Positions 27,438 through 40,940 of a stretch of DNA of 64,000 bases are shown here, in pieces. A program made the translations under genes and the position numbers. This stretch comes from Eledone cirrhosa (Eukaryota): NCBI GenBank assembly GCA_964016885.1, contig OZ024740.1:210056001-210120000 (forward strand). The letters are read 5' to 3'. The first letter of the stretch is position 1, and each line of letters begins with the position of its first letter. The notes under the pieces were generated by a model. It saw only the letters and a list, made by a program, of their open reading frames with translations. It was not told the DNA's origin and ran no database searches.

Positions 27438-27584
27438 TATAAAGCAGAGGTTCTCAAACTTTTTGGGCCACTGCCCCCTCACGGCCTCGTAATACCCTCA
27501 GCGCCCCCACCACTATTTCCAGAGAGACCTGCCTACACACAAATTGTAAATAATATATTTGTAAATTGTAAATAATATATTTAA

Positions 27585-29039
27585 CCGGTCTGTCCGCTGG
27601 ACGGACGGACCGGTTAAATTGTTAGGGGTCTGGTTCGGTCCGGACCTCCAGACGGACAAAAACTGGGACGAGGTGACGAGCAGGGTGGCTTCTCTCACCC
27701 AAAAATGGGCGGAGAGGAAGCTATCCCTGAAAGGTCGAGCGGAGGTGGCTAACGCGTACATCGCGTCTGTCATCTGCTACCGCCTGACCGTCGTACCTTG
27801 TCCTAAGCCTCGCCTGACTGCGCTGGAGCGTTTGCTCTTTCGCTTTTTGTGGAAGGGACGCGCTCCGATGGTCAGGCGGTCCATCTGTTGTCAACACCCG
27901 CTACGTGGAGGGCTGGGCATGCCGTGGCTGATGATGCGCAGGCACGCGCTCAGGCTACGACATCTCCACCTCTTCCTCGACGGTGATCAGGTGTGGTCGC
28001 CGTTTGCTAGACACGTATTTCCCCAGCTCGTTTCCTTGACGGAGCTGCAGTCCTGGGTCAAGCGAAGACCGAGAGGGAGCGCCTGGAGACTGGAATGTCT
28101 TCAGGCGCTCACAGCCCTCGACCAATCGGGCAATGTGATCGGTGGAAACTCCACCTCGGCGTTCTATAGAGGATTAGTGGAGAGGAAGAGCGACGACGTA
28201 CTTGGGGAAACTCTAGGCGTCGACGAAAATCAACTAGCCAATCTCTTCGGAAGAACTTTCTGGCCAGGGCCTATGGACAACTTCCAGAAATCTCTGGCCT
28301 GGCAGTGCTACCGAGGAGCCTTGCCAGTTCGGGATAAACTCTACAGGCATGGAGGTGCCGTCAGCCGGGCATGTCCGAGATGCGCGCAGGGCGACGAAAC
28401 CGTCCTGCACGCACTCGTCCAGTGTCCGAAAATTGCTGACTTGTGGGTTTATGTCGAACACCTGCTGTCGCGTGTAGGACGGATCCGGCTATCATCTGAG
28501 TCCATCGTGAGGATTGCCCCGTCCTCCTCCTTTAGCCGGGAAGGGCAGGCAGTTTTTATCTGTCTGGTGGTCATGGCGAAAGAGATAGTATGGTGGACAC
28601 GTTTGAAAGGGCTGAAGACGAGCACTTACCTCTTCGGTGATGCCCTGATTGACTTTTTCAAATTTCATTTGAAAAGGAAAATCAGAGTAGAGAGGGAAGT
28701 GCTCTCTTCCCAGCATTTTGTTGAAAGATGGGTGAGAGAAGCAAGAATGGCCCGAGTGAATGGGCCTACTCTGAGTATATATCTGTAAATTAAAGGTGGA
28801 AAACTGGGAGAGGGCACTTGCCTTGGTGGTCAGGGTCACTGTGGCCTTTTACTGGGCTTTCTCCACAAATGTCCCTCCGAAGTCTCCCCCCTATTGGGGA
28901 ATTTTTCATTGTTATTTTTTTGTTACATCCTCTGTTTTTGTTTTTTACACGCAGAAATGCCCATTTGTACCGTACTGTATTGTCCTGCACTGTCCTTAAT
29001 GTCTACTTTATGTAAACCCTTGTGGTTAATAAAGAAATC
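27585..29039 (+). mobile_element. 5'-truncated Tx1/L1-clade LINE
   Basis: 389-aa open frame plus 3' UTR ending aataaagaaatca and (TTA)n; GC-rich relative to flanks. Confidence 0.9.
27619..28788 (+). CDS. Tx1-like ORF2 C-terminal part (RT thumb and zinc knuckle)
   Basis: LLGVWF, W..RKLSLKGR...N, RFLW, GGLG.P, CPRC...ETVLHALVQC motifs. Confidence 0.8.
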   Translation: MLGVWFGPDLQTDKNWDEVTSRVASLTQKWAERKLSLKGRAEVANAYIASVICYRLTVVPCPKPRLTALERLLFRFLWKGRAPMVRRSICCQHPLRGGLGMPWLMMRRHALRLRHLHLFLDGDQVWSPFARHVFPQLVSLTELQSWVKRRPRGSAWRLECLQALTALDQSGNVIGGNSTSAFYRGLVERKSDDVLGETLGVDENQLANLFGRTFWPGPMDNFQKSLAWQCYRGALPVRDKLYRHGGAVSRACPRCAQGDETVLHALVQCPKIADLWVYVEHLLSRVGRIRLSSESIVRIAPSSSFSREGQAVFICLVVMAKEIVWWTRLKGLKTSTYLFGDALIDFFKFHLKRKIRVEREVLSSQHFVERWVREARMARVNGPTLSIYL

Positions 29040-29619
29040 ATTATTATTATTTTCTTTGTCTGCTCCAACATCCATGGAATTGTGTTCTCTTTAAACGCTT
29101 CACAAAACGTGATTTTTTTTTGTGTGTGAATAGGAAGGAAGTGGTGCTGTGTTCAGATAGCGATTGCAATGAATAGCGGCGAATTGGGAGGGTCGAACGG
29201 ATGCATGATATGGGAGGTGATGGTAGAGGTATTATCAGCATTTAACGTCTATCTTCTGATCTATGTGTGAAACACTAGATATGTAAATGTAGACGGAAGG
29301 CCAGAGAGTCATCACGTTTAATTCAACATATATGGTGCATTATGTTTTCTTTTCAATTCCATTTATCTATAACCCAAAATTGTCTGCGTTTTATGTTATC
29401 TGTTGCATTCAGCGAATTTAGACACACGCATGCACACACACACACATGCACACACATATACATATACATGCATACGTACATACAAGCGTTTGTGCGCATA
29501 CGCTCATTAAATATATCTCATCTTTTTAATGAATAATGGCTAATGTTACCACCTAGAAATATATAAATGCATACGCCCTTGTAAATGCATGCATATGTTG
29601 TTAAATACGTGCCTTACAT

Positions 29620-29713
<94 letters not shown>

Positions 29714-30266
29714 ACACACATACACACACAATTGTGTGTGTTTGCATCAGAAATATTCAAGCATTGGGAGTGTGTGTAATTTGAAAAATTTGAAAATGTG
29801 ACCATCCCAAACAGAAAACATTTGTAATAACAGTCAATCACTGTAGATAAAAGGTTCTCGGGGGCCGTTTCGGAGCTCCAAGGGGCGTTTTGGAGCAAGG
29901 GGGCGTTAGGGAGGTGTTTGAAGCTTTGGGGGGCGCTAGGCTATTTACTTAGGTAAGTTTTATAAGCCACATTTGTACGTCTCTGAGACAGCCAATGTGA
30001 ATGCATTTGAATGAAGAAAACGAAGAAAATAAATAAAAGAACCTTGTCAACGAATTCCCTAGGGAGTTAAAAGAATAACAAAAGAAATCAAAGAAAATGA
30101 AAATAAGGACAACTTCAACTTTGACAATAGTTACAAGAACAACAGAAACGACAAGAAAAAGAAGCAATGGTGATGAAAGGTGTGGGTATATACATATACA
30201 TACATACAATCATACACACACATGCATACATACATACATACATACATACATACATACATACATACA

Positions 30267-30298
<32 letters not shown>

Positions 30299-30807
30299 CA
30301 GGCCGGCGCTGGTATTTGATGAGGTTGAGAACCTGGTTAGCTTTCAGCCAGAACTGTGGTATTTAAACTCCCTAGGTAATAAAATCTGGAGGCAAAATTC
30401 TCTCCTTACCAAAAAGAAAACATAAATCATGTCAACATCCTTACACACTTAAATATAAATGCATGTATATATACTAATGTATAAATGCATAGCTATATAC
30501 ATAGGTAAATGTATGTATATATGTATGTAGATTTATATATATATATATATATAATATACACACACACATATATATATATTCTTTTTTCAGTCTGGTCTAC
30601 CTCTGGTAGTAGGGTCCGTACGTAGATAGAACTCAATGCAATCTTGTAAAATCCATAGAGAAGTTCTGTGTTTCGCTGAATTAATTCTTTAGATACAGAG
30701 TCAGATATTAGGTATTAAATTAACAATAAATATAAAAACAACAAAATAAAAACAAAGTTATAAAGTAACTTTACTTTGTTCTTTTTATTTTCATTGTTAA
30801 CTTGATA

Positions 30808-31170
<363 letters not shown>

Positions 31171-31207
31171 AAGTGTATATATATATATGTGTGTGTGTAT
31201 GTAGAAG

Positions 31208-31366
31208 AAGGGTCTCAAACTCAAGGACATAAAAGGGCCATTACGTCTTGGAGGAGAGGCACTGGGCCAAACGTGGTGGTGGGTGATGATTTTCACCAGT
31301 TATAATGGAATCTGAAATATTGGTTCCATAGAAAAGTAGTTCGCGGGGCGCATGTTTGGGTCCCCT
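31208..31366. mobile_element. hAT-Charlie-like MITE
   Basis: Ends agggtctcaaac ... gtttgggtcccctg. Confidence 0.5.
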
Positions 31367-31436
31367 GTTGGAAAGATAGATAGATAGCTAGATAGACGTG
31401 TACCAAACACACGCACACACATTTCTTACTCTCTTT

Positions 31437-31913
<477 letters not shown>

Positions 31914-32622
31914 GTTGTTATTTGACATTGTTGAAAAGAGCAGTGTCCTTTGACTCGGCAATAAAAACTGGTGTCAAAATTCTTTCTGTACCAAAAACAA
32001 GGCACACACAGACACACACACACAAAAGTCTGTTTGTGCGCATGCGCGCGCGCGTATATGTGTGTGTATCTATCTATGTATATCTATATATAAGGGACAC
32101 AGATATTGTTTGTTCACTGTCACCAAGCATCTCAATTCATTCGTTGCAACTAAGTGTGTGATCGAGGCACTTTATTTTGCAAGGTACCTAATTTTTCCTT
32201 GAGTTTGTGATGCAAGAGAAAGGTAAGAATTTCTTCATATTTTGCATCTTTTGTATTTTGACTTTACAGTTTGAATTGTAGAATTGTCTATCCACTCAAA
32301 ATATTACAACAGCTAACAGTGAAATATAGAATTTAAAAAAAAAAGATTTTTTCCACTGAAATCAAATCTTTGAGAACATTCACGTCTTTTTTTCAAAAAT
32401 ATATAATTTGAAATAGCTTGCTTTTGTTTTGAAACTTTTTTGAAACTTTTTTGTATTTAATTCGTACGAGTATTTTTTAAAGATTTTTTTAAAGATTTCT
32501 AACATAACTTGATTTGGCCCAGTAATCTACTGATATCAAAATCAGTAGTATATTGAAAAATGGAAAAATAGGGTAGAAATGAACATCTAAACGTTTAGAT
32601 GTGTCTTTGCACATATAAGCTC

Positions 32623-32711
32623 GTATATCTGATGTCATGTCAAAAAAGAGTCGGGCCCCGTCACCTTGATTTTACCCTGAGCTAATCGATATCGAAACAA
32701 TTGTAATATGC
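32623..32711 (+). ncRNA. Degenerate hammerhead ribozyme
   Basis: gtatat-CTGATGt...GAAA-CAATTG-TA-atatgc, followed by AATAAA; core has substitutions. Confidence 0.4.
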
Positions 32712-32956
32712 CAATAAAGTTTATACATATGCTGCGATACTGGCTTCTACTCTTAAATCTATTTACACTCTGCACACTACAACTGCAACACTGGAATACA
32801 CCCCAAAAGAAACGGACCTTGTAACAGCATTGAGTGCTTCAAACTGAGCGCCGCCTATATTTGATATTACACGGCACAGCTTCTAACCGGGCTCGTTTGT
32901 TTACAAACGAATCGAACATTATTATTAATGTTCGATATAACCCATACGTACATTAC

Positions 32957-33003
<47 letters not shown>

Positions 33004-33230
33004 AGTGTGTATATATATATACATATATGTATGTACATATAAGTGTGTACGAATGCATACTTACTTGTATGTATCAGCTGTGCTAGAGCGAGGAATAAAA
33101 TTCTTATTTCATTTTTAATATTCGGCAAAGCCAGCCGTAACTTGCTCGGTATGCAAATGAGGCTACTCAGCCGATGAGTACTTAAGAAAATACTATATAT
33201 TTTCAACCGTTCAACACATTGGTAGAGGTA

Positions 33231-33275
33231 AACAGTCCTGATGAAGGGTAATGACCCAGAAACATGTTGATTGTT
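33231..33275 (+). ncRNA. Minimal type-I hammerhead ribozyme
   Basis: aacagtc-CTGATGA-a-GGGT-aatg-ACCC-a-GAAA-CATG-TT-gattgtt; 7-bp stem I, palindromic stem III ACATGT. Confidence 0.75.
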
Positions 33276-34140
33276 CCTCAAAGCCAGTGTTGAACAAATA
33301 GGTGACGATTGGTCACCAGCACGGCACTGAAAGGTCACAATTGAAAGAATGTTTTCTTCCCTTAATAGTATTTTATTTTTATTAGATACTGTTCAGTTAT
33401 TTTTATATAATGTCAATGTCCTTTCATGTGTACGTGCACGTGTATGGAGAGATAGATACAATTCCTTATATTATTCACGTATACACACATATGTATGAGC
33501 CAAAACTTAACCCACAACCTATAGTAGGCGGCTGAAATATGTTTCTTTCATTGTATTTCTTTATTTCAGTCGTCCTCTTGTTCATTTGATATATTGCATT
33601 ATTCAACACTTCTAAGTTACTTCTAATCCTTGCTTTGATTTATTCACATAGTCGCATATCTATCGCTCCCGCTTTCCATACAGTCTATCATCTACACTTC
33701 CGCTCCTACTTTCCGGTCCTTCTATTTCTCTTCGCTTTTTACCACATGTCTACCCCAGAATTAACACATACTTCAAGGTCTCAGGGGACAGTTTCTTACT
33801 ACGTTTTCCCCTCTGTGTCCTGTTTTTGTGGTGCCTGGATTAACGACAACTTCGATTTATTAATTACTTTTCATGTTTCAGACCCGAGGTGTGCGTTTTT
33901 ATTTTCACTTTTTTTTTTTCCTTTTTTGCCATCTTGTCGTTTGTATTGTCAGGTACCACTCTATTTTGCCTAGTCGCTGCATCTCGTCTTGTTTCTTATT
34001 TTTGAGCAACCACAAGTCTATTTTCACTGGTTATTGCGACAGAATTTACGGTGAGTACCGTCTTTACTGCCGAAACTCAACCCACATAGTATTAAAAAGA
34101 TCAGAGGCCATAAGCAGTTGACTTAAGTTTATTGAAATCT

Positions 34141-34198
34141 CCATGATACATATTTCGCTGAGGACTATTAATTTTGATAGTCTGAGCTCTTCAGATGG
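34141..34198 (-). ncRNA. Type-I hammerhead ribozyme
   Basis: Reverse strand CCAT-CTGAAGA-GCT..GACTAT/ATAGTC..AGC-GAAA-TATGTA-TC-ATGG. Confidence 0.7.
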
Positions 34199-34477
34199 CA
34201 TAAAAACCTTAAAAATAACAAAGCAATCGACACAGTACAAGGAAGAATATTAATTTAACTCTTGAAATAATAGGAAAAGAGTCTTAACGTTTCGAACACT
34301 AGTCTTTCATCAGAAAATAGAATGAGAAATAAACGATGCAATAGAAAGATAGCGAGTAAGAAGAGGAAGGAATGGGAAAACACTAGAAAAAAACAACAAA
34401 ACAAAACCGAAAAAGACATACGTGAGTATTCAGTCAGCCATTTTGGAGTGAACACCATGTATATATATATATATACA

Positions 34478-34555
34478 CAGGGTATCCAAAAAAATATATA
34501 CAAACTTCAACAGCATTCTAACAAATATGTGTATACATTTTTTGGGGACACGCTG
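34478..34555. mobile_element. About 78-bp Tc1/mariner-type mini-MITE
   Basis: cagggtatccaaaaaaatatataca / tgtatacattttttggggacacgctg inverted ends, TA on the right flank. Confidence 0.6.
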
Positions 34556-34830
34556 TATACACACATATATATATATATATACAAACTATATATATAAGAT
34601 TTACACACAGGCATACAATGCATTTCCTATCCCAGTTATGTTTCTACAACAAGAAGTTCTTGGGTTCTAATCTTTCATTTGTCCCTGTAAATAGTTATTT
34701 CTCAAATTTCTCAGTTTGTGTGATTGTTTATATATTCGGTAATCCTGGCATGTATGGCATATCAATACTGGAGTCCAAAAATCAAATACGTTCGACACCA
34801 TTGCCATCATTAATGCCAACACATGCCCAC

Positions 34831-34861
<31 letters not shown>

Positions 34862-36149
34862 GGTTGGCATGGTATATTTAACCAGAAATCATGTTTGTTT
34901 GTTCATCCGTATGACTAACTAATAGGTTTTGCAGTTAAAGTACTACTAAAGTGGGGTTGTACATACAAGACTGTCTCATCTCTAGTGACACGGGTGTGTT
35001 TCTTTGACCCGAGACACCACAACTCTAAAAGTCAAATATTTAGACTCGGTGCTTCAATATGTGTCTGATTGTATATATGTATGTGAGTTTTTTTAATTGA
35101 TTATCAGTTAGATCATACATTTAAAAAAACATCTTGTCTGGATTAGCTTTTAAAAGTGTTTATTTAAATAGCAGCTCATCTCAGTGTTGGTAGCAATGAA
35201 GCTAAATACTTATACTTGCAATAAAAAAGTGATGAATTTGAATTCTCTATTAAATGTTATCTTACCCTGGTTTGTAAATGTAGAGCTGTAGGAAAAATTA
35301 ATATTAAACTTTCATAATATTCTGACATAGTTGTTTCAAGTACATTCTGATCTATCTAGTACAATCTGATCTATCTAGCCCACTTCTATCTAGCCCACTT
35401 CAAAGCTGTCCATTCACCAATCTGTACACCAGTTACAGGCGAGAGTATTAAGTATGATTAGTAGAAGCAGGGCCGGCATCTGAATATTTAGCACCCTAGG
35501 CTAGCCTTACAATGTGCGTTTTCCGACCACCAAATTCCACTCATTAAGCATTTGTCACCCGAGACTATCGCAGAAAACACTTGCTTAAGGTGTCAGGCTA
35601 TGGAAGGGAATCCAAACCGTACATATATGTATGGTTATGTGTGTGCGTAATTTCATAGAAAAAATAGCACACGAATCTTTCCTGATGTTGCAAATCTAAA
35701 TGCCGTTTTTTTTTCTTCTCAAAATCAAGCAAAGTTATCGTGAATATTTGAAAGTACAATATCAACTTCTATCATATTTGAAATAAACGCAGCAACAGAA
35801 AAATAAAATAAAACCGTCTAGAATATATTAAGGTCAGTTATCTGTGATTACTCACCTCCATTCCTTCTCTAGAAGAAATCGGTTGTGTTCCGACTTTAAG
35901 AAGGGATGGGCTTCGCCAGGTTTGAAATGCCCAGAACGCCACCATATGACTCTAACCGGAGTTACGGATCCATACATACTTCTTTATTTGACGTATAAAT
36001 GAAAAGATCAGCTCCTTCACATATGGGTTGGTATTCCCCAGGGATCTGCTATGTTGTCCTATTGTTTCTCCTGTGCTCGAACACGGCCACTACTAATACC
36101 TAGGTACCTCGCTAGTAGACATTAGCGATCATATCTTTCTTACTACAAC

Positions 36150-36590
36150 TGACCGCCAAGTTCTAGATCTCCATGTACAGCAATGGAAGACACAGCGGCT
36201 GAATCTTTTTAAGACTGAATATATGGACTATGAACCCCAGATGAATAGTAGCATCAATGTTAATAACTAGGACCTAACCAAAACCTGGCCAAGACACTGT
36301 TGTCCGAATGTGTGTTAATGCTGCGTAGCTGAAATTAAAACAAATATCTGCGGGTCTTCCGTAACTGGAAGGCCTATCTATCTAAAGACAAAGATTTATA
36401 AGACGTAAGTGACTCTTTATGGATCTGTGTGGTGGCTGGGAATTGTGAAATATGAACAGACACTGCATATCACTGCATATCATGGAAATGTGAAAGTTTC
36501 CCTCTGAACGAAGATGTACGGATAAAAAGATGCATGAGATGCGCCACTGTTGGTATGAGCATGTTGTGCAACCGCTGATTAGCAATCGGT
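36150..36590 (+). mobile_element. Highly degenerate RTE-clade LINE fragment
   Basis: Broken motifs RLN..KTEYM, LKTKIYKT, LYGS..W, WY.HV. Confidence 0.55.
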
Positions 36591-36619
36591 AGCCAAGAAA
36601 ACCTTAAGAAACAGTTTAA

Positions 36620-36839
36620 CCCTTTTATGTTCAAACCGACCAAAACCGGCCAGAATTCTCTACCTTTTCCTGTTGAAACTGGCTGTAACTGGTTGCTCAA
36701 ACTAATGTTAAGGTATTGTTCTCAAAATAAATACTTTCAAAATCTCATAGATTCGATATTATGTGAGATAATTATGTGAGGTAAAGCCTTTATCATGAAA
36801 ATATAATAGTATATATAGAGTAATGTGAATGCTAAAGGG
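36620..36839. mobile_element. piggyBac-type MITE
   Basis: TTAA-CCCTTT ... AAAGGG-TTAA; partial related copy at about 22480-22534. Confidence 0.75.
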
Positions 36840-37037
36840 TTAAGCAGACGACGACGACTGCCGAGGCGGGAAAAGAAAGTATGTAACAGGTTTACATCGT
36901 ACTCGAGAGTGTCATTGGCTGGGTCAAGAGGAAGGAGGTATGCGAAAAAGAGAAACCCAGTTAGAAGGTAACATAATTTTGAGGATGATGATATACACAC
37001 ACATGGATGTGTGCAGCATGCGTATACATATGTGTGA

Positions 37038-37171
<134 letters not shown>

Positions 37172-37615
37172 TTAATACATTAACAGAGAAAGCCTTAAGC
37201 AATACTCCGACCGGCTTCCGTCTCACTCAACAAACATTAGGATATACCTTAGTATAATCCCAATTTTACGTTTGGGGTGCTAACTATACGTATTTTGCGG
37301 ATAGCCAGTTGTATTATTTTATATGAGACATAATTAAAATACATCTCCCTATATTTATAAAACCCCTGGAAATCCAAATAGTTTTGGTATATATATATAT
37401 ATATATATATACTTCGTTTTTGAATTTGTTTTGTAAGATTTCTTATCTGAAAATGTGTGTTGAAACAATAAATATATATATATATATATATCAACTAGAA
37501 ATTGATTGACATATATATATATATATATAAAATAAACATATGAAATAATCACAGGGAATAATTCTACAGTGGATATAAAGCATGTCTCTCAGACATGACA
37601 CCCTTAATTTAATTT

Positions 37616-37705
<90 letters not shown>

Positions 37706-37766
37706 CATACATATATATATATGGGGTGTGTGCGTATATAGATATAGATATATATGGGGTGTGTGC

Positions 37767-37800
<34 letters not shown>

Positions 37801-37916
37801 GTACACACTCCACTCTCACCGAGCGTGAAGCTAATAACACTGTGTACCATTGACTCCTGCGTTTGTTCGTTTCTTTGCCATATTGAACTATATATGTATA
37901 TATATATATATATATA

Positions 37917-38350
37917 TGTGAAGACAAACATAGAATATTCGAAAATATTCTGTATGTTTATAATAAACATTTTGAAGACCCAATCGCTATAGAATAGAAT
38001 ACGTCACGTATTACAATTTGAGATTCTCGATAAAAGCAAGGGAAGTAATCTACGCGTTTCATTCTTGTTAGAAATCAAACCAGTTCCTGTACACAGCTAA
38101 GTATTCTATAAGTCTCTAGCTGTGTCGTTCTCGATAAAAGCATTGGATATGTAATCCTGATGATTTCTAACAAGAATGAAACGCGTAGATTACTTCCCTT
38201 GCTTTTATCGAGAATCTCAAATTGTAATACGTGACGTATTCTATTCTATAGCGATTGGGTCTTCAAAATGTTTATTATAAACATACAGAATATTTTCGAA
38301 TATTCTATGTTTGTCTTCACATATATATCGCTATTTCAGAGCATTAAATC

Positions 38351-38352
<2 letters not shown>
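37917..38352 (+). mobile_element. Fold-back mini-element (160-bp arms) between (TA)n arrays
   Basis: 37917-38077 is reverse complement of 38160-38321; tail tcgctatttcagagca. Confidence 0.85.
38151..38193 (+). ncRNA. Minimal type-I hammerhead ribozyme (PLE type)
   Basis: GTAATC-CTGATGA-t-TTCT-aaca-AGAA-t-GAAA-CGCG-TA-GATTAC; stem I extendable by ttctcgataaaagca/tgcttttatcgagaa. Confidence 0.85.
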
Positions 38353-38385
<33 letters not shown>

Positions 38386-38517
38386 AGAGGTTATATTTAA
38401 TTTGTTGGGATACAACAAGCTAAAATATTTTTATAACTGATATAAAGCAATCAACAAATTATTGGAGTAAATATACAATATATTAACAAATGGAAACTAT
38501 ATTTATAAAACCATATT

Positions 38518-38583
38518 TATTTTATTATACATATTTCAAGGGCCACCAAGGCAAATTATGGTGCGCTTTCATCAGATAAAATA
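38518..38583 (-). ncRNA. Type-I hammerhead ribozyme (left arm of fold-back 38478-38831)
   Basis: Reverse strand TATTTTAT-CTGATGA-AAG..CACCA/TGGTG..CTT-GAAA-TATGTA-TA-ATAAAATA. Confidence 0.75.
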
Positions 38584-38725
38584 TAATACAGATTAGTTTT
38601 ATAAATAAATATTGACATACCCTGAAAAAATGATGTTGCAAATAAACTATCCAGGAAGCTCCAACCGTTAAGGTTGCATTTTTTCAGGGTATGTCAAGAT
38701 TTATTTATAAAACTAATCTGTATTA

Positions 38726-38791
38726 TATTTTATCTGATGAAAGCGCACCATAATCTGCCTTGGTGACCCTTGAAATATGTATAATAAAATA
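38726..38791 (+). ncRNA. Type-I hammerhead ribozyme (right arm of fold-back 38478-38831)
   Basis: TATTTTAT-CTGATGA-AAGcgCACCA...TGGTGaccCTT-GAAA-TATGTA-TA-ATAAAATA. Confidence 0.75.
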
Positions 38792-38825
38792 AATATGGTT
38801 TTATAAATATAGTTTCCATTTGTTA

Positions 38826-38880
<55 letters not shown>

Positions 38881-38884
<4 letters not shown>

Positions 38885-39068
38885 ATAATAATAAATTTGA
38901 AGACTAAAATCCAAAGAGGGCTCGATAAGGATAAATATATATCAGATATATAAGAACCGTAGAGCAACTATTTATTAAAATAACAGATTAAAGTTTAAGC
39001 AAACAATCCCGTTAAGGGTGAAAGCAGAGATTCTTTGCTTAAACTTTAATCTGTTATTTTAATAAATA
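38881..39068 (-). mobile_element. Fold-back mini-element (35-bp arms) related to 31550, 31674 and 23766
   Basis: Arms 38969-39003/39034-39068; (TA)n flanks. Confidence 0.7.
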
Positions 39069-39130
39069 TATATATATACATATATACATATACACACACA
39101 TATATATACATATACACTTATATATATTTG

Positions 39131-39161
<31 letters not shown>

Positions 39162-39964
39162 ATGTGTGTGTGCGTGCGTGTGCGTGTTTGCGTGTGCGCG
39201 CGCGCGTGTGTGTGTGTGTCGCTAGAAAAATTAGCACGTAAATATTTCCTGATGTTGCGAGTCTAAATGTTTCTTTTTTTTTTTTAAATCGAGTGAAATT
39301 ATCTGGAAAATGTTAAGGTCCAATATTGACATAACAGAAATAAAATAGTTTAGAATATATTAGAGTCAATTATGTGTTTGACGTACAAATAAAAAGATTA
39401 ACAGAAATGAAATGAATGATATATTTATATAAACATGTCTAAAGTTAAAAGTCAATTATCAGCTGAATTTTGTTAATACTACACTACTCCTAACCTTCCA
39501 CATACAGAAACATTTAAACCCAGCCTTGCATTCTTTGACTAAGTTGTTAGAATACTAGCGCTGTACCCATCAAAAACGACGCGGTTTATTTGTGTTTATT
39601 TTCAGGAATTTTTCATGTTTCTTTATCAAGTCCTGTTTCGTTTTATTCTTGTGTTTCACTTTTTTTTATTTTTTTTGTTATTCTTATTCGTTTTACCAGG
39701 AGCCTTGCTTCTATTTCTCATCGTTTTACAGTATTTCAACTATCTAATTCATGTAGAAAAATCAATGATCTACATTGTAGATCATTGATTTTTTTTCTTG
39801 TGATGATATTCTGTAGTTCGAAGTCGAGCAGTTTCACTGTCACAGAGTTTGATTGTATGACTTGTATATTTAAAAAACCGACTTACGTTCACGTTCTCTA
39901 ACTCTTCTTCATTATTCTCACTCACACACATATTCATTATTTCTGCTTTTCGTAAGGCAGAGTA

Positions 39965-40435
39965 AGGCTTGCCGAGTCGGTAGAGCGCCGGACAAATGTT
40001 TAGCAGTATTTGTTCCGGCTCTTTACTTTCTGAGTTCAAATTCCACAGAAGTCAACTTTGCCTTTCATCCCCCCGAAGTCGATAAAATAATGTATTAGTC
40101 AAGTACAGGGTCGTTATAATCAACCTTCTCCCTCCGCCCCAAATTACTGGTCTTGTGCCTAAATTAGAAATCGTTATTGCTTCTGTTCGTCCCAGCTTAT
40201 CAAAGATGTTAGAGCTTCAATAAGAACAGTTACTTGGGTAAAATAATAATTGTTTATACTTTTGGCACAAGGCCAGCAATTATCCCAATACATTACTGGT
40301 ACTTTATTTTATCGACCCCGTAAGGATGAAAGGTAAAGTTAACCTCGGCGGGATTTGAACTCAGATCATAAAGGGAAGTAACTCTATGCTTCAAAGCATG
40401 GCGTCCGACCCTTACCGATACTGCCAATCCACCGC
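39965..40435. mobile_element. Two convergent Nin/Deu SINE copies
   Basis: 39965-40177(+) and 40244-40435(-) match consensus. Confidence 0.8.
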
Positions 40436-40594
40436 CCTCTTACTCTCCTTCATTACTAGGGTAAAATAATAATGTATCGAGTGGGCATACTTTGCGATCA
40501 TCTTAACAGCCAAGCTGACTAAATATACACAATAGCGTCACACACATACTACTGCACAAATATTATTATACACTCCCCTACACATACCTACACG

Positions 40595-40940
40595 TAGGGG
40601 TAAAGGGTAATGACCCCTTTTGGCCACGAATGACCGTGGGATTTGCAACTAGAAAGTTCCCCTCCGAGGCACAAGTGCGGACAAGGTTGTTTGCGGAAGA
40701 CCAGCAGTCGCCTATACCAGTCTCCCATCTCCGTGCCACCGATGTTATCCAAGGGAAAGGCAAAGGCCAATACAGCTTGGCTTCAGTGACGTTGCAATTC
40801 ATTTCCACAGCTAAGTGAACTGGAGCAACGTGAAATAAAGTGTCTTGCTCAAGAACACAACGTATCACTGTCCGAGAATCGAACTCCCAACCTCCAGATT
40901 GCAAGCCAAACGCTCTAACCACTAAGCCATGCGCCTGCAA
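40595..40940 (-). mobile_element. tRNA-derived SINE with Meta/V-domain-like core
   Basis: Reverse strand A-box TGGCTTAGTGG, B-box GAGTTCGATTC, then gttgtgttcttgagcaagacactttatttcacgttgctccagttcac. Confidence 0.75.

Noticed and set aside
40860-40940. tRNA gene
   Set aside because: tRNA-like SINE head; no acceptor stem closure and it continues into the SINE body
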